Of a DNA stretch of 64,000 nucleotides, positions 19,869 to 28,780 are shown in pieces; the stretch's first letter is position 1; each line of letters starts with the position of its first letter. The stretch comes from a virus, in the IMG/VR virus record IMGVR_UViG_3300025646_000031, positions 6,462 through 70,461 of that record. The stretch is one strand, 5' to 3'. The notes beneath the pieces are model-generated. The model searched no databases. It was given only the letters and a program-made list of their open reading frames with translations, and was not told the origin of the DNA. The translations under genes and the position numbers were made by a program.

Positions 19869-20003
19869 CTCATAACAATCAAGGTGTCATTCAGTGAGAC
19901 ACGACCCACATAGTGAGTGGACTGATATATAATGTATTCTTCTAGGGATAGTGAACTAGAAATAAGCTTATTAAAAAATAAATTCATTTTTTAGGAGAAA
20001 AAA

Positions 20004-21572
20004 ATGGCAACAGTTATTCAAATTAAAAGATCAACTGGCGTAACCGCTCCTACGACTTCAGACTTATCTGAAGGCGAATTAGCGTATGTTCAGGATAGAT
20101 CAAACTCTGGTGCTGGTGCGAAACTTTATATTGAGTCAGTAGATTCTGATAACAGTACTCCTCTTATTCACGCAATTGGTGGTAAGTACTTTACAGACAT
20201 GCTTGCTGGTACTTCAGCTACTCCTGCAAACTTCAAAGTATCTAACGGTTCAACCTCAGGTGGTTCTGTTCAGTTCTTAGAAGATTCAGACAATGGTACA
20301 AACTTTGTAGCATTGAAAGCTGCAGATTCAATCGCATCTTCACTAACTTTTGTATTGCCTTCTTCAGACGGTAGTGCAAACCAAGTATTAGCAACGGACG
20401 GTTCAGGTAACCTTTCGTTCTTATCAACAACTTCAACTCTTGCTGGTGCAACAGACACAGATATCTCATCACCTACTTCAGGACAAATTATTGTTCATGA
20501 TGGTGTTGATAGTTTTGATAATGTTAGCATCTCAGGAGACGCTACATTAGCTTCAGATGGTACATTGACTATCGCTGCTAACGCTGTTCAAGTAGGAAAC
20601 ATTGACTTCTTAGTTGACGAAGACAACATGGCTTCAGACTCAGATGTTAAAGTTCCAACTCAGCAATCAGTTAAAGCTTATGTTGATGCACAAGTAACAG
20701 CTCAAGACTTAGATGTTTCAGACGGAACTACAGCAATTGATATTGACTTAGATTCTGAAACTCTTTCAATCTTAGGTGGTACTGGTGTAACATCAACTGC
20801 TTCAGGTACAAGTGTCACACTTGCTATCGGTCAGTCAGTTGGTACAACTGATAATGTTCAGTTCAACAATGTTCAAGTTGACGGAACTCTTACTTCAGAT
20901 GACTTAACATCAGCAAACATTACTGCTACAGGTAACTTGACTGTTTCAGGTAACTTGACTGTTAATGGTACAACAACTACTGTAAACTCAACAACTACTT
21001 CAGTTGCTGATCCAGTATTTGAAATCGGTGATGATTCCTCAGACGATAACCTAGATCGTGGTATCAAATTCCTATGGAATGATGGTTCTGCTAAAGTAGG
21101 TTTCTTTGGTATGGATGATTCTGATTCTAAATTCAAATTTATTGCAAACGCAACAGATACCTCTTCAGTATTCTCAGGTTCACTTGGAAATGCTGCTTTC
21201 GGTGGTTTAGAAGCAACAGGACTTGCACTTTCAGGTTCTATTACTTCAGTTGACGGTTCTGCTCCTACTGCTGGACAATTACTCATTGGTAACGGTTCAA
21301 ACGGAGATATGGAACTTGCAACTATTACTGCTGGTGAAGGTATTGATATCACAAATGCTGACGGTGCAATTACAATAGATGCAGAAGTTGCTACATCATC
21401 AAATCTTGGTGTTGCATCATTCGGTGGAAGTTACTTTACAGTAACAGCTGGTGATGTTGCAATCAACGATGCTACAACATCTGCAAAAGGTATTGCTTCT
21501 TTCTCAAGTGATAACTTTACAGTAACCTCAGGTGCTGTAACTGTTACTGCTATAGATGGTGGTACATTCTAA
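20004..21572 (+). CDS. Tail fibre-like protein
   Basis: AGGAG SD; IQIKRS...L.EGELA N-terminus, GNLTV.GTTTTVNS motif, ends IDGGTF. Confidence 0.75.
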   Translation: MATVIQIKRSTGVTAPTTSDLSEGELAYVQDRSNSGAGAKLYIESVDSDNSTPLIHAIGGKYFTDMLAGTSATPANFKVSNGSTSGGSVQFLEDSDNGTNFVALKAADSIASSLTFVLPSSDGSANQVLATDGSGNLSFLSTTSTLAGATDTDISSPTSGQIIVHDGVDSFDNVSISGDATLASDGTLTIAANAVQVGNIDFLVDEDNMASDSDVKVPTQQSVKAYVDAQVTAQDLDVSDGTTAIDIDLDSETLSILGGTGVTSTASGTSVTLAIGQSVGTTDNVQFNNVQVDGTLTSDDLTSANITATGNLTVSGNLTVNGTTTTVNSTTTSVADPVFEIGDDSSDDNLDRGIKFLWNDGSAKVGFFGMDDSDSKFKFIANATDTSSVFSGSLGNAAFGGLEATGLALSGSITSVDGSAPTAGQLLIGNGSNGDMELATITAGEGIDITNADGAITIDAEVATSSNLGVASFGGSYFTVTAGDVAINDATTSAKGIASFSSDNFTVTSGAVTVTAIDGGTF

Positions 21573-21601
21573 TAAAAGTCATCAACTATAGGAGAATATA
21601 A

Positions 21602-22429
21602 ATGGCAACATTAATACAGTTCAAAAGAAGTTCTACTCAAGGGGCTGCACCAAGCACTGGTGACTTGTCTCTTGGAGAATTAGCTGTCAATACTTATCAC
21701 GGTAGATTTTATACCGAGAAAAATGATGGTACAGCTGCTGTTGTGGAAGTAGGATCTAATCCTTCTACACTTACTGTAAATGATGCATTTTCGTTCCCTA
21801 CAAGTGATGGTTCCGCAAACCAAATACTTAAAACAGATGGTTCAGGAACTCTTAGTTGGGCTGACCAACCATCTTCTGGCGTAACAAATTTCACTTACAC
21901 CATTTCATCTACAACAACCTCAATTACAGGTTCAGATGATAATTCACAAACACTTTCCTATACCGCAGGTACAGAACAAGTGTATATCAATGGTGTGAAA
22001 TTAGTCGGAGGTGGTGCAGACTATACTGCTACCAGTTCATCTACAATCACTTTGACAGAGAATGCTCTGAGCGGTGATGTAGTCGAAGTTGTTGCAATTA
22101 CAGAAGCGGCAAACTTAGTACAAGGTTTCTTTACTACAGTTACCACTTCTACAACAACTTCTGATCAGGTACTATCATCAAACGCAGTTGCAAATAAAGC
22201 AATTAAGTATGTTATCAATGCTACACATTCTAGTGCTGGTACACATGCTGCTGAAGTCTTATTGATCAATGATGGTTCAAGTGCATACTTCGTACAATAT
22301 GGCGATGTATACTCTAGTGCTTCATTGTTCACTTTGAGTTCAGATGTAAATTCAGGAAATATGAGATTACTTGTAACTCCTGCCAATACTAATACAACAT
22401 TTGATACATTTCAAATAAGATTAACATAG
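21602..22429 (+). CDS. Fibre-associated structural protein
   Basis: IQFKRS...L.LGELA N-terminus, P.SDG.ANQ.L.TDGSG.LSW motif; C-terminal domain paralogous to 22439. Confidence 0.7.
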   Translation: MATLIQFKRSSTQGAAPSTGDLSLGELAVNTYHGRFYTEKNDGTAAVVEVGSNPSTLTVNDAFSFPTSDGSANQILKTDGSGTLSWADQPSSGVTNFTYTISSTTTSITGSDDNSQTLSYTAGTEQVYINGVKLVGGGADYTATSSSTITLTENALSGDVVEVVAITEAANLVQGFFTTVTTSTTTSDQVLSSNAVANKAIKYVINATHSSAGTHAAEVLLINDGSSAYFVQYGDVYSSASLFTLSSDVNSGNMRLLVTPANTNTTFDTFQIRLT

Positions 22430-22438
22430 GGGTAAAAA

Positions 22439-22849
22439 ATGGCTAAAACAAACGCATTTAAAGTTGCTGAGTTGATTAGAGTGTTTTCTTATGATACATC
22501 TAATGATGTCATTACTACTTCTAAAGAGTTGGATACTAAGCATAGAACATCTACAGCTGCAACATATACTTCTACCACAGAAGTCGCTCTTGATACATTT
22601 GCTCATGCAGATTTCAGAGCTGCAAGATATGTTATTGCAATGTCAGAAGGTGCTAACTATCATTCAACTGAAATAGTATTAGTACATGACGGAAGTACAG
22701 TAACCATGACTCAATATGGTACATTGAAAAATAACAGTGTCGCATCATTTGACGCTGATATCAGTGGATCAGACTTGAGATTACTGATTACACCTGCTTC
22801 AGCAAACAGTACAACAGTTAAGTTTCACAGAACTCTAGTCGGTTCTTAG
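22439..22849 (+). CDS. Structural protein paralogous to the C-terminus of 21602
   Basis: Shared H..E.L...DG....QYG and RLL.TPA pattern. Confidence 0.7.
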   Translation: MAKTNAFKVAELIRVFSYDTSNDVITTSKELDTKHRTSTAATYTSTTEVALDTFAHADFRAARYVIAMSEGANYHSTEIVLVHDGSTVTMTQYGTLKNNSVASFDADISGSDLRLLITPASANSTTVKFHRTLVGS

Positions 22850-22868
22850 AACTTTTTTACAAAAAACG

Positions 22869-22897
22869 AAAGGGGGACTTTATGTCCCCCTTTTTTT
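22869..22897 (+). terminator. Intrinsic terminator
   Basis: AAAGGGGGAC-tttat-GTCCCCCTTT stem with T run. Confidence 0.85.
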
Positions 22898-22910
22898 ACA
22901 TTCTAAATGT

Positions 22911-22918
22911 TATAAATA
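22911..22918 (+). promoter_or_regulatory. Late promoter
   Basis: TATAAATA. Confidence 0.8.
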
Positions 22919-22944
22919 GTTATATTATTTCGGAATAACACAAT

Positions 22945-24957
22945 ATGGCAACTCAAAAAAAATTCATTGCAGACCTAGGATTTGAAACTCCAAGTGATTT
23001 GACTGTAAATGGTAATGCAACCATTGATGGAAATGCAACTGTAACAGGAAATCTTACTGTTAACGGAACATCAACCACAGTTAACTCAACCACTACATCT
23101 GTAACAGACTCAATGATTGAGCTTGCGAATGCGAATACAGGTTCAGATACACTTGATATTGGTATATACGGAAACTATGATGATGGTTTATCAGATGGTG
23201 GTGCAAGTGAATACACAGGTTTATTCAGAGATGCTTCAGACTCAACTTGGAAACTCTTTGATGGTTTAGAAGAAGAACCTACCACAACAGTCAATACAGC
23301 AGGAACAGGTTACGCAAAAGCAGCCTTAGAAGTTGGCGATCTATCTTGTACTACACTTACTGCAACTAACAGTCTTACAGGTGCAAGTATTACCTACCCA
23401 ACCTCAGACGGCACTGCTGGACAGTTTTTACAAACTGATGGAAGTGGAACATTATCATTTACTTCTGTTACAAGTTATTCTGATTCAGATGTAGAATCAT
23501 ACTTAGATGGTGGAACATCAACCCCTATTTTAGCAAATGCAACATTTGGTGGAATGAAACTTTTAAACCAAGCGGGCGGTGGTTCTATAGGATTAAATAG
23601 AGACCCTGCTGATGGCAATTATGTTGGTTCTGCAAGTTTACAAAGATTCCAAATCAACGGCCCACAAAGTGGTTCAGACTTTTTAGATTTTCAATCTTAT
23701 AACAGCAGTGGAACATATACAGGAAGTTTTTATCTAAATGCTGGCAAGCTTGGTATAGGCACAAACGCTCCTGACGATTTGCTTCATGTCTATGCAGGAA
23801 ATTCAGGAGCTACACCACATAGTCTCTCAGCAATGAATATTGAAAGTAGTTCAGATGTTGCAATGAATTTCCTAACTCCAAATACATCTCAAGCACAAAT
23901 AAGATTTGCAGACCCACAAGACGATGGAAAAGGCATTATTGGTTATAATCACAATGGTGATTACATGTTTTTTGCAACCAATGGGCCTGAGAAAATGAGA
24001 CTAAATTCTGACGGAAATCTCGGCGTTGGTATATCTACCATAGAACAACTCGGTTCAGATAGTGTATACCCAAGAATACAATCATATAGTTCCGATACAT
24101 CAGGACATTTCTGTGGATTGATGATTGGTCGTCCTAATTCACCAGGACTTGAATCATCAATGGCATTTACTGTTGGCGGAATTATGGTTGGAAAGATACA
24201 ACATGACTATGTTGCAGAAAATCATAACGATATGTCATTTCACCTTAGAGGTTCTTCAGGAGGTGGAGATATAGAGGTAATGAGACTGTGGGCTGGTTCA
24301 GGTAATGATACAGCTTTATTGGTAGGTAGAACAACAAGGTCTTGGGCTAATGCAGCTTTAGAAGTAGAAAGTAATGCAAGAATAGGAAACATATACCTAA
24401 CTGGTAGTGGTTCAGACAGCACAATATCAGCAGGTAATGCAAGCTATAAATTTAGCACAGCAACTGTAAATTGTGGTGCAACTGATTTAGATTTTGATGT
24501 AAATGTTGTAGTAACTGGTGTAGGAATCGCAAATAGATTTAAAGTTGATTCCCCAACTGGTGATACATATACAAATGATGGAACAATATCCTCATTATCA
24601 GATATAAGAGTTAAAACAGATATAAATGATTTGACAGATGGTCTTGAAATAGTAAAACAATTAAGGCCAGTTACTTTTAAATATAACGATAATTCAACAG
24701 ATGATGATGGAAATGGTATGTTGGCAGCTGCAGACGATAAAATTCGTTATGGATTTATTGCACAAGAGGTAGAAGAAGTTGCTCCTCATTATGTAGAAAC
24801 ATCAACAAGAAAAATAAACAATGAAGAAGTTAATGATTTTAAATCTTTATCAACAACAAGAATGATACCTATGTTATTTAAAGCCATCCAAGAACAACAA
24901 ACCATCATTGAAGACCTCAAAGCAAGAATAGAAACATTAGAGAACGCAAATTCGTAA
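22945..24957 (+). CDS. Tail fibre/spike with C-terminal peptidase S74 intramolecular chaperone
   Basis: LGIGT..P...LHV and EKMRL...GNLGVG repeats; S/DIRVKTDI...L.PV.F.Y...GFIAQEV...coiled-coil C-terminus. Confidence 0.85.
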   Translation: MATQKKFIADLGFETPSDLTVNGNATIDGNATVTGNLTVNGTSTTVNSTTTSVTDSMIELANANTGSDTLDIGIYGNYDDGLSDGGASEYTGLFRDASDSTWKLFDGLEEEPTTTVNTAGTGYAKAALEVGDLSCTTLTATNSLTGASITYPTSDGTAGQFLQTDGSGTLSFTSVTSYSDSDVESYLDGGTSTPILANATFGGMKLLNQAGGGSIGLNRDPADGNYVGSASLQRFQINGPQSGSDFLDFQSYNSSGTYTGSFYLNAGKLGIGTNAPDDLLHVYAGNSGATPHSLSAMNIESSSDVAMNFLTPNTSQAQIRFADPQDDGKGIIGYNHNGDYMFFATNGPEKMRLNSDGNLGVGISTIEQLGSDSVYPRIQSYSSDTSGHFCGLMIGRPNSPGLESSMAFTVGGIMVGKIQHDYVAENHNDMSFHLRGSSGGGDIEVMRLWAGSGNDTALLVGRTTRSWANAALEVESNARIGNIYLTGSGSDSTISAGNASYKFSTATVNCGATDLDFDVNVVVTGVGIANRFKVDSPTGDTYTNDGTISSLSDIRVKTDINDLTDGLEIVKQLRPVTFKYNDNSTDDDGNGMLAAADDKIRYGFIAQEVEEVAPHYVETSTRKINNEEVNDFKSLSTTRMIPMLFKAIQEQQTIIEDLKARIETLENANS

Positions 24958-25046
24958 AAAACTTCCCTAAAACATATCGTTTGAAGAGTAAGACTTACTA
25001 AATACATGTGTATATACCCAAAAACATTTTTTAGGACACACTAAAC

Positions 25047-25280
25047 ATGGCAACACAAAACAAATTTGTTATCGAATACGGACTTAGTGTAGGTTCTACA
25101 GAAGTAATCACATCTTCAGGTAAAATCGTTGCAGCTGCAATCTCAGACTTAGACACAGACGATCTTTCAGAAGGTTCTACAAATGTTTACTTCTCGACCT
25201 CCAGAGTCGATACTCATCTAGCAGACGGAACTGCATCAAAAACATTAAACAATGTTCAGATTGATGGAGGCACACTATAA
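25047..25280 (+). CDS. Miniature fibre-module protein
   Basis: N-terminus paralogous to 25280 (GSTEVI.SSGKI); DTDDLSEGSTN.YF motif; ends IDGGTL. Confidence 0.7.
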   Translation: MATQNKFVIEYGLSVGSTEVITSSGKIVAAAISDLDTDDLSEGSTNVYFSTSRVDTHLADGTASKTLNNVQIDGGTL

Positions 25281-26752
25281 TGGCAGGCGAAAAGAATTTC
25301 GTAGTTAAGAATGGTATTTCAATCGGTTCAACCGAAGTCATATCATCTTCAGGTAAAATTGCAGCTGCAGCTTTATCATCAAATACAGATTTCACAGAAC
25401 AGGTACAAGATATTGTCGGTGCTTTTATCACAGGAACAGGTTCAACAACAGTAACCTACAACGATGCTGGTGATGCACTTACAATCTCATCAACAGGTAA
25501 AACCGAAGAAGAAATCCAAGATATCGTTGGTGCTCAGTTAGTAACTAACGGTTCACATACAAATATCACTGCATCTTATGATGATGCTGGTGATGGTGCT
25601 ATTGATCTTTCTATTTCAGACGCAACTATTCAATCTAAGATTACTGCTGGAACTGGTGTGTCGGTTTCAAGTGGTCAAGTTAGTATCGGTCAGGCAGTAG
25701 GAACTTCAGATTCGCCCACATTTGCAGGTATGACACTTACAGGTGCATCAACAGTTTCAGGACATATTCTTCCTAGTGCTGATGTTACCTACGACTTAGG
25801 TTCAGCATCGTATCAATGGCGAGATGTCTATGTTGGTCCAGGATCTTTGTATGTTAACGGACAAAAGGTATTAGAAGATAACTCAGGAACAATTGTTGTT
25901 TCTGCTGATTCAGATCAGAATCTTCAGATAAAAACTGCTGGTAGTGGTGACATTGAGTTTAATCCATCAGGCACAGGTATTATTCAAGCAAAAGGTACAC
26001 TTCAAATGCTTGATGGTGAGTTAATCACTAACAGTGCTGGTAACAATGTTGCATTCGGAAACAATATCAGTGTAGATCAGATCGCTTCAAGAAGTGCAGA
26101 CACTAACTTAGTATTGAGTGGTAATGGAACAGGTAATGTTACACTTAATGATTCAGTTGTAATCACAGGTGACCTTACAGTTTCAGGAACTACAACTACT
26201 GTTAACTCAGAGACAATCAACCTTGCAGATAACATTCTAAACCTAAACTCTGATTTCACTTCAGGTGTACCAACACAGGATGCAGGTTTAAGTATCTCAA
26301 GAGGTGGTTCAGCAGCAAAAACATTCTTATGGGATGAGACTAACGATAGATGGACAGTCGGTTCAGAATCTATGGTCGCAGGAACATTCATTGGTAACCT
26401 AACTGGTGCAGTCACAGGTAATGCATCTACTGCTTCTGCTCTTTCAAGTGCAGTAACAGTTTCACTTTCAGGTGATGCTTCAGGTAGTGCAACATTTACA
26501 AGTGCAGGAGATACTGCTTCAATATCGGTTACAGTTGCAGATGATTCACACAATCATATTATCGGAAATGTAGATGGACTACAAGCAGCTTTAGATGCAA
26601 AATATGGTAGTGGTTCTAATGCAACACTAGGTACAATAACAACAAGTAACGCAAGTAATTCAGGCGGATATGTAAGAAATATTTACCAATCAACATCAAC
26701 TCCAGGTTCTGGTGATGGTGCAGTTGGTGATTTGTGGATATATTATTCTTAA
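25280..26752 (+). CDS. Fibre-like structural protein (cassette 2 anchor)
   Basis: QDIVGA repeats, GDLTVSGTTTTVNS, H.H motif, C-terminal STP....GDLW. Confidence 0.75.
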   Translation: MAGEKNFVVKNGISIGSTEVISSSGKIAAAALSSNTDFTEQVQDIVGAFITGTGSTTVTYNDAGDALTISSTGKTEEEIQDIVGAQLVTNGSHTNITASYDDAGDGAIDLSISDATIQSKITAGTGVSVSSGQVSIGQAVGTSDSPTFAGMTLTGASTVSGHILPSADVTYDLGSASYQWRDVYVGPGSLYVNGQKVLEDNSGTIVVSADSDQNLQIKTAGSGDIEFNPSGTGIIQAKGTLQMLDGELITNSAGNNVAFGNNISVDQIASRSADTNLVLSGNGTGNVTLNDSVVITGDLTVSGTTTTVNSETINLADNILNLNSDFTSGVPTQDAGLSISRGGSAAKTFLWDETNDRWTVGSESMVAGTFIGNLTGAVTGNASTASALSSAVTVSLSGDASGSATFTSAGDTASISVTVADDSHNHIIGNVDGLQAALDAKYGSGSNATLGTITTSNASNSGGYVRNIYQSTSTPGSGDGAVGDLWIYYS

Positions 26753-26781
26753 TACTAAATAAGAATAATTAGTGAGGATAA

Positions 26782-28047
26782 ATGGTAACAGGTAATCAAA
26801 AGGTTAAGACCCCTACTGGTTGGAATTCCACGCAAGGTGCATGGGTTAAAACAGGTGCTACTACTTGGAAAGCAGTAGAACAAATCTATGTAAAAACGCC
26901 TACTGGTTGGAACAACGCTTCAGGTCAAGCATTAACACAACAACCATATCCTTATATAGCGAATGCTCAACAACCTTATATTGCTAATGCACAGCAACCT
27001 TATCCATATATAGCAAACGCCCAGCAACCTTATATCGCTAACGCTCAACAGCCTTATCCCTATATAGCGAATGCTCAGACACCCTATATCGCTAACGCTC
27101 AACAGCCTTATCCGTATATAGCAAACAGTCAGACACCATTCACATATCAAGCGAGGTCACCGTTTACATATAGTAATAGATATCCTGCAAATGCTCAGCA
27201 ACCTTACATTGCAAACAGTCAGACTCCATTTACATATAATAATAGATCGCCGTTTACATATAGTGCAAGATATCCTGCTAACGCTCAACAACCTTATATT
27301 GCAAACGCAAGACAACCGTTTACATATAATAATAGATCACCGTTTACATATAATGCAAGATATCCTGCTAACGCACAGCAACCGTACATAGCTAATGCTA
27401 GACAACCTGGCACATATCAGGTTCCTTTCAGTTATCGTGTTCCATACATCGCTAACGCTAGACAACCTGGCACATATCAAGTACCGTTTTCTTATCGAGT
27501 GCCTTATATTGCGAATGCTCAACAACCATTTACATATAGTTTTAGATTTCCATTCCTTTATCAATCAGCATTCCAGAAATTTGGATTTCAGGGTTGTTTC
27601 TTATGTTGTGTACATGATACTATGTTGGTGGCAACTGAGGAAGATATGAAAAGTATTTACGATTTAAATATAGGTGATAAAGTCATTTCACATAATTTTG
27701 AAACTGGACAAGATGAAGTAGTAGAAATAACCGATATCGTAATTGTTGATAGAGATGTAGATTACAAAGTCAACGATCTGATTATGACAGAAGACCATCC
27801 AGTTTACTTAGAGGGTGGCAGAAAAGCTTCAGTAAATCCTGATGCAACACTTTTAAACTACAAGCAAGAAGTTGATCAGTTAGTTGTTGGTGATAAAATG
27901 ATGAAACTTGATGGTTCATTAGAAGAAATTACTTCTATAGAACATTATGAGGGAAATCATAAAAACTTTGCAGTTCAAACCAAGTATAATAATTTCTACG
28001 CAAATGGACATTTGGTAGATTCAGTCATTGATAGAGGTAATAACTAA
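26782..28047 (+). CDS. Pro/Tyr/Gln repeat protein A2 with C-terminal Hint domain
   Basis: GAGG SD; three VKT...W motifs; 26 repeat units; Hint blocks CCVHDTMLV, L.IGDKV, TEDHP and NFYANGHLV. Confidence 0.85.
   Translation: MVTGNQKVKTPTGWNSTQGAWVKTGATTWKAVEQIYVKTPTGWNNASGQALTQQPYPYIANAQQPYIANAQQPYPYIANAQQPYIANAQQPYPYIANAQTPYIANAQQPYPYIANSQTPFTYQARSPFTYSNRYPANAQQPYIANSQTPFTYNNRSPFTYSARYPANAQQPYIANARQPFTYNNRSPFTYNARYPANAQQPYIANARQPGTYQVPFSYRVPYIANARQPGTYQVPFSYRVPYIANAQQPFTYSFRFPFLYQSAFQKFGFQGCFLCCVHDTMLVATEEDMKSIYDLNIGDKVISHNFETGQDEVVEITDIVIVDRDVDYKVNDLIMTEDHPVYLEGGRKASVNPDATLLNYKQEVDQLVVGDKMMKLDGSLEEITSIEHYEGNHKNFAVQTKYNNFYANGHLVDSVIDRGNN
26944..27549 (+). repeat. Coding tandem repeat (A2)
   Basis: Unit lengths in aa: 10,8,10,8,10,8,10,8,8,6,8,8,8,6,8,8,8,6,8,6,6,8,6,6,8,8. 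Confidence 0.9.
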
Positions 28048-28739
28048 TGCCAATAGCTGAAGGACAACAACCAACGATTGGAAATGCTAGGAGCCCTTTC
28101 ACCTATGAGGCGAGGTATCCAGCGATTGCTTACTATCCTGCTAACTATCAGAATCCGTTTACTTACGATGCTAGATATCCAGCGATTGCTTTCTATCCTG
28201 CTAACTATCAGAATCCGTTTACTTACAATGCTAGGTCGCCGTTTACTTATCGTGTGCCTTATATAGCAAATGCTCAACAACCATATATAGCTAACGGACA
28301 AAACCCATTTACTTATAACGCTAGATCACCGTTTACTTATCGAGTGCCTTATATTGCGAATGCTCAACAACCATACATAGCAAACGCTAGACAGCCTGGC
28401 ACATATAATGCTAGATCACCTTTTACCTATCAGGTTCCATACATTGCGAATGCTCAACAACCATACATAGCAAACGCTAGACAACCTGCAACATATCAAG
28501 CGCAAGGTAGAACTCCGTTCACATATCAGAACAGACAACCTTCTACATATGAAACACAAGGTAGAACTCCGTTCACATATCAGAACAGATCACCGTTCAC
28601 TTATGCTACACAAGGTAGAACTCCGTTCACATATCAGAACAGAACTCCGTTCACTTATGCTACACAAGGTAGAACACCAGTTGCTCGTTGGGATGGTGTG
28701 TTGACACAGCAGTGGCCTGCAACACCTGTATCTTCTTAG
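28047..28739 (+). CDS. Pro/Tyr/Gln repeat protein B2
   Basis: GAGGT SD; TAATG coupling to A2; almost entirely repeat. Confidence 0.85.
   Translation: MPIAEGQQPTIGNARSPFTYEARYPAIAYYPANYQNPFTYDARYPAIAFYPANYQNPFTYNARSPFTYRVPYIANAQQPYIANGQNPFTYNARSPFTYRVPYIANAQQPYIANARQPGTYNARSPFTYQVPYIANAQQPYIANARQPATYQAQGRTPFTYQNRQPSTYETQGRTPFTYQNRSPFTYATQGRTPFTYQNRTPFTYATQGRTPVARWDGVLTQQWPATPVSS
28071..28676 (+). repeat. Coding tandem repeat (B2), mirror of A2
   Basis: Unit lengths in aa: 8,8,6,6,8,6,6,8,6,8,8,8,6,8,8,8,6,8,8,10,8,10,8,10,8,10. Confidence 0.9.
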
Positions 28740-28742
28740 TGA

Positions 28743-28750
28743 TATAAATA
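28743..28750 (+). promoter_or_regulatory. Late promoter for the enzyme cluster
   Basis: TATAAATA. Confidence 0.75.
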
Positions 28751-28780
28751 TTATTATTAATCAATAATTTATTATGAAAA

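Noticed and set aside
27592-28047. Mobile intein with homing endonuclease
   Set aside because: Only about 145 aa, no endonuclease insert, no terminal His-Asn and essentially no C-extein.
17228-28301. Reverse-strand and alternate-frame ORFs over the repeats (e.g. 17228-17569, 18685-19152, 18891-19208, 26932-27150, 28044-28301)
   Set aside because: Shadows of periodic coding sequence that happens to lack stops; no SD or promoter support.
17318-28676. CRISPR array or DGR template/variable repeat interpretation of the 24-30 nt repeats
   Set aside because: The repeats are in-frame coding units varying at synonymous positions. There are no unique spacers, no adenine-specific divergence pattern that I could see, and no cas or reverse transcriptase gene in the window.
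17273-28739. Repeat proteins as RiPP precursors, or as homologues of gliadin or QPY-type plant peptides
   Set aside because: No leader or protease-site flanks. Mirror-ordered unit lengths and fibre docking motifs fit a structural role better. The QQPY likeness is attributable to low complexity.
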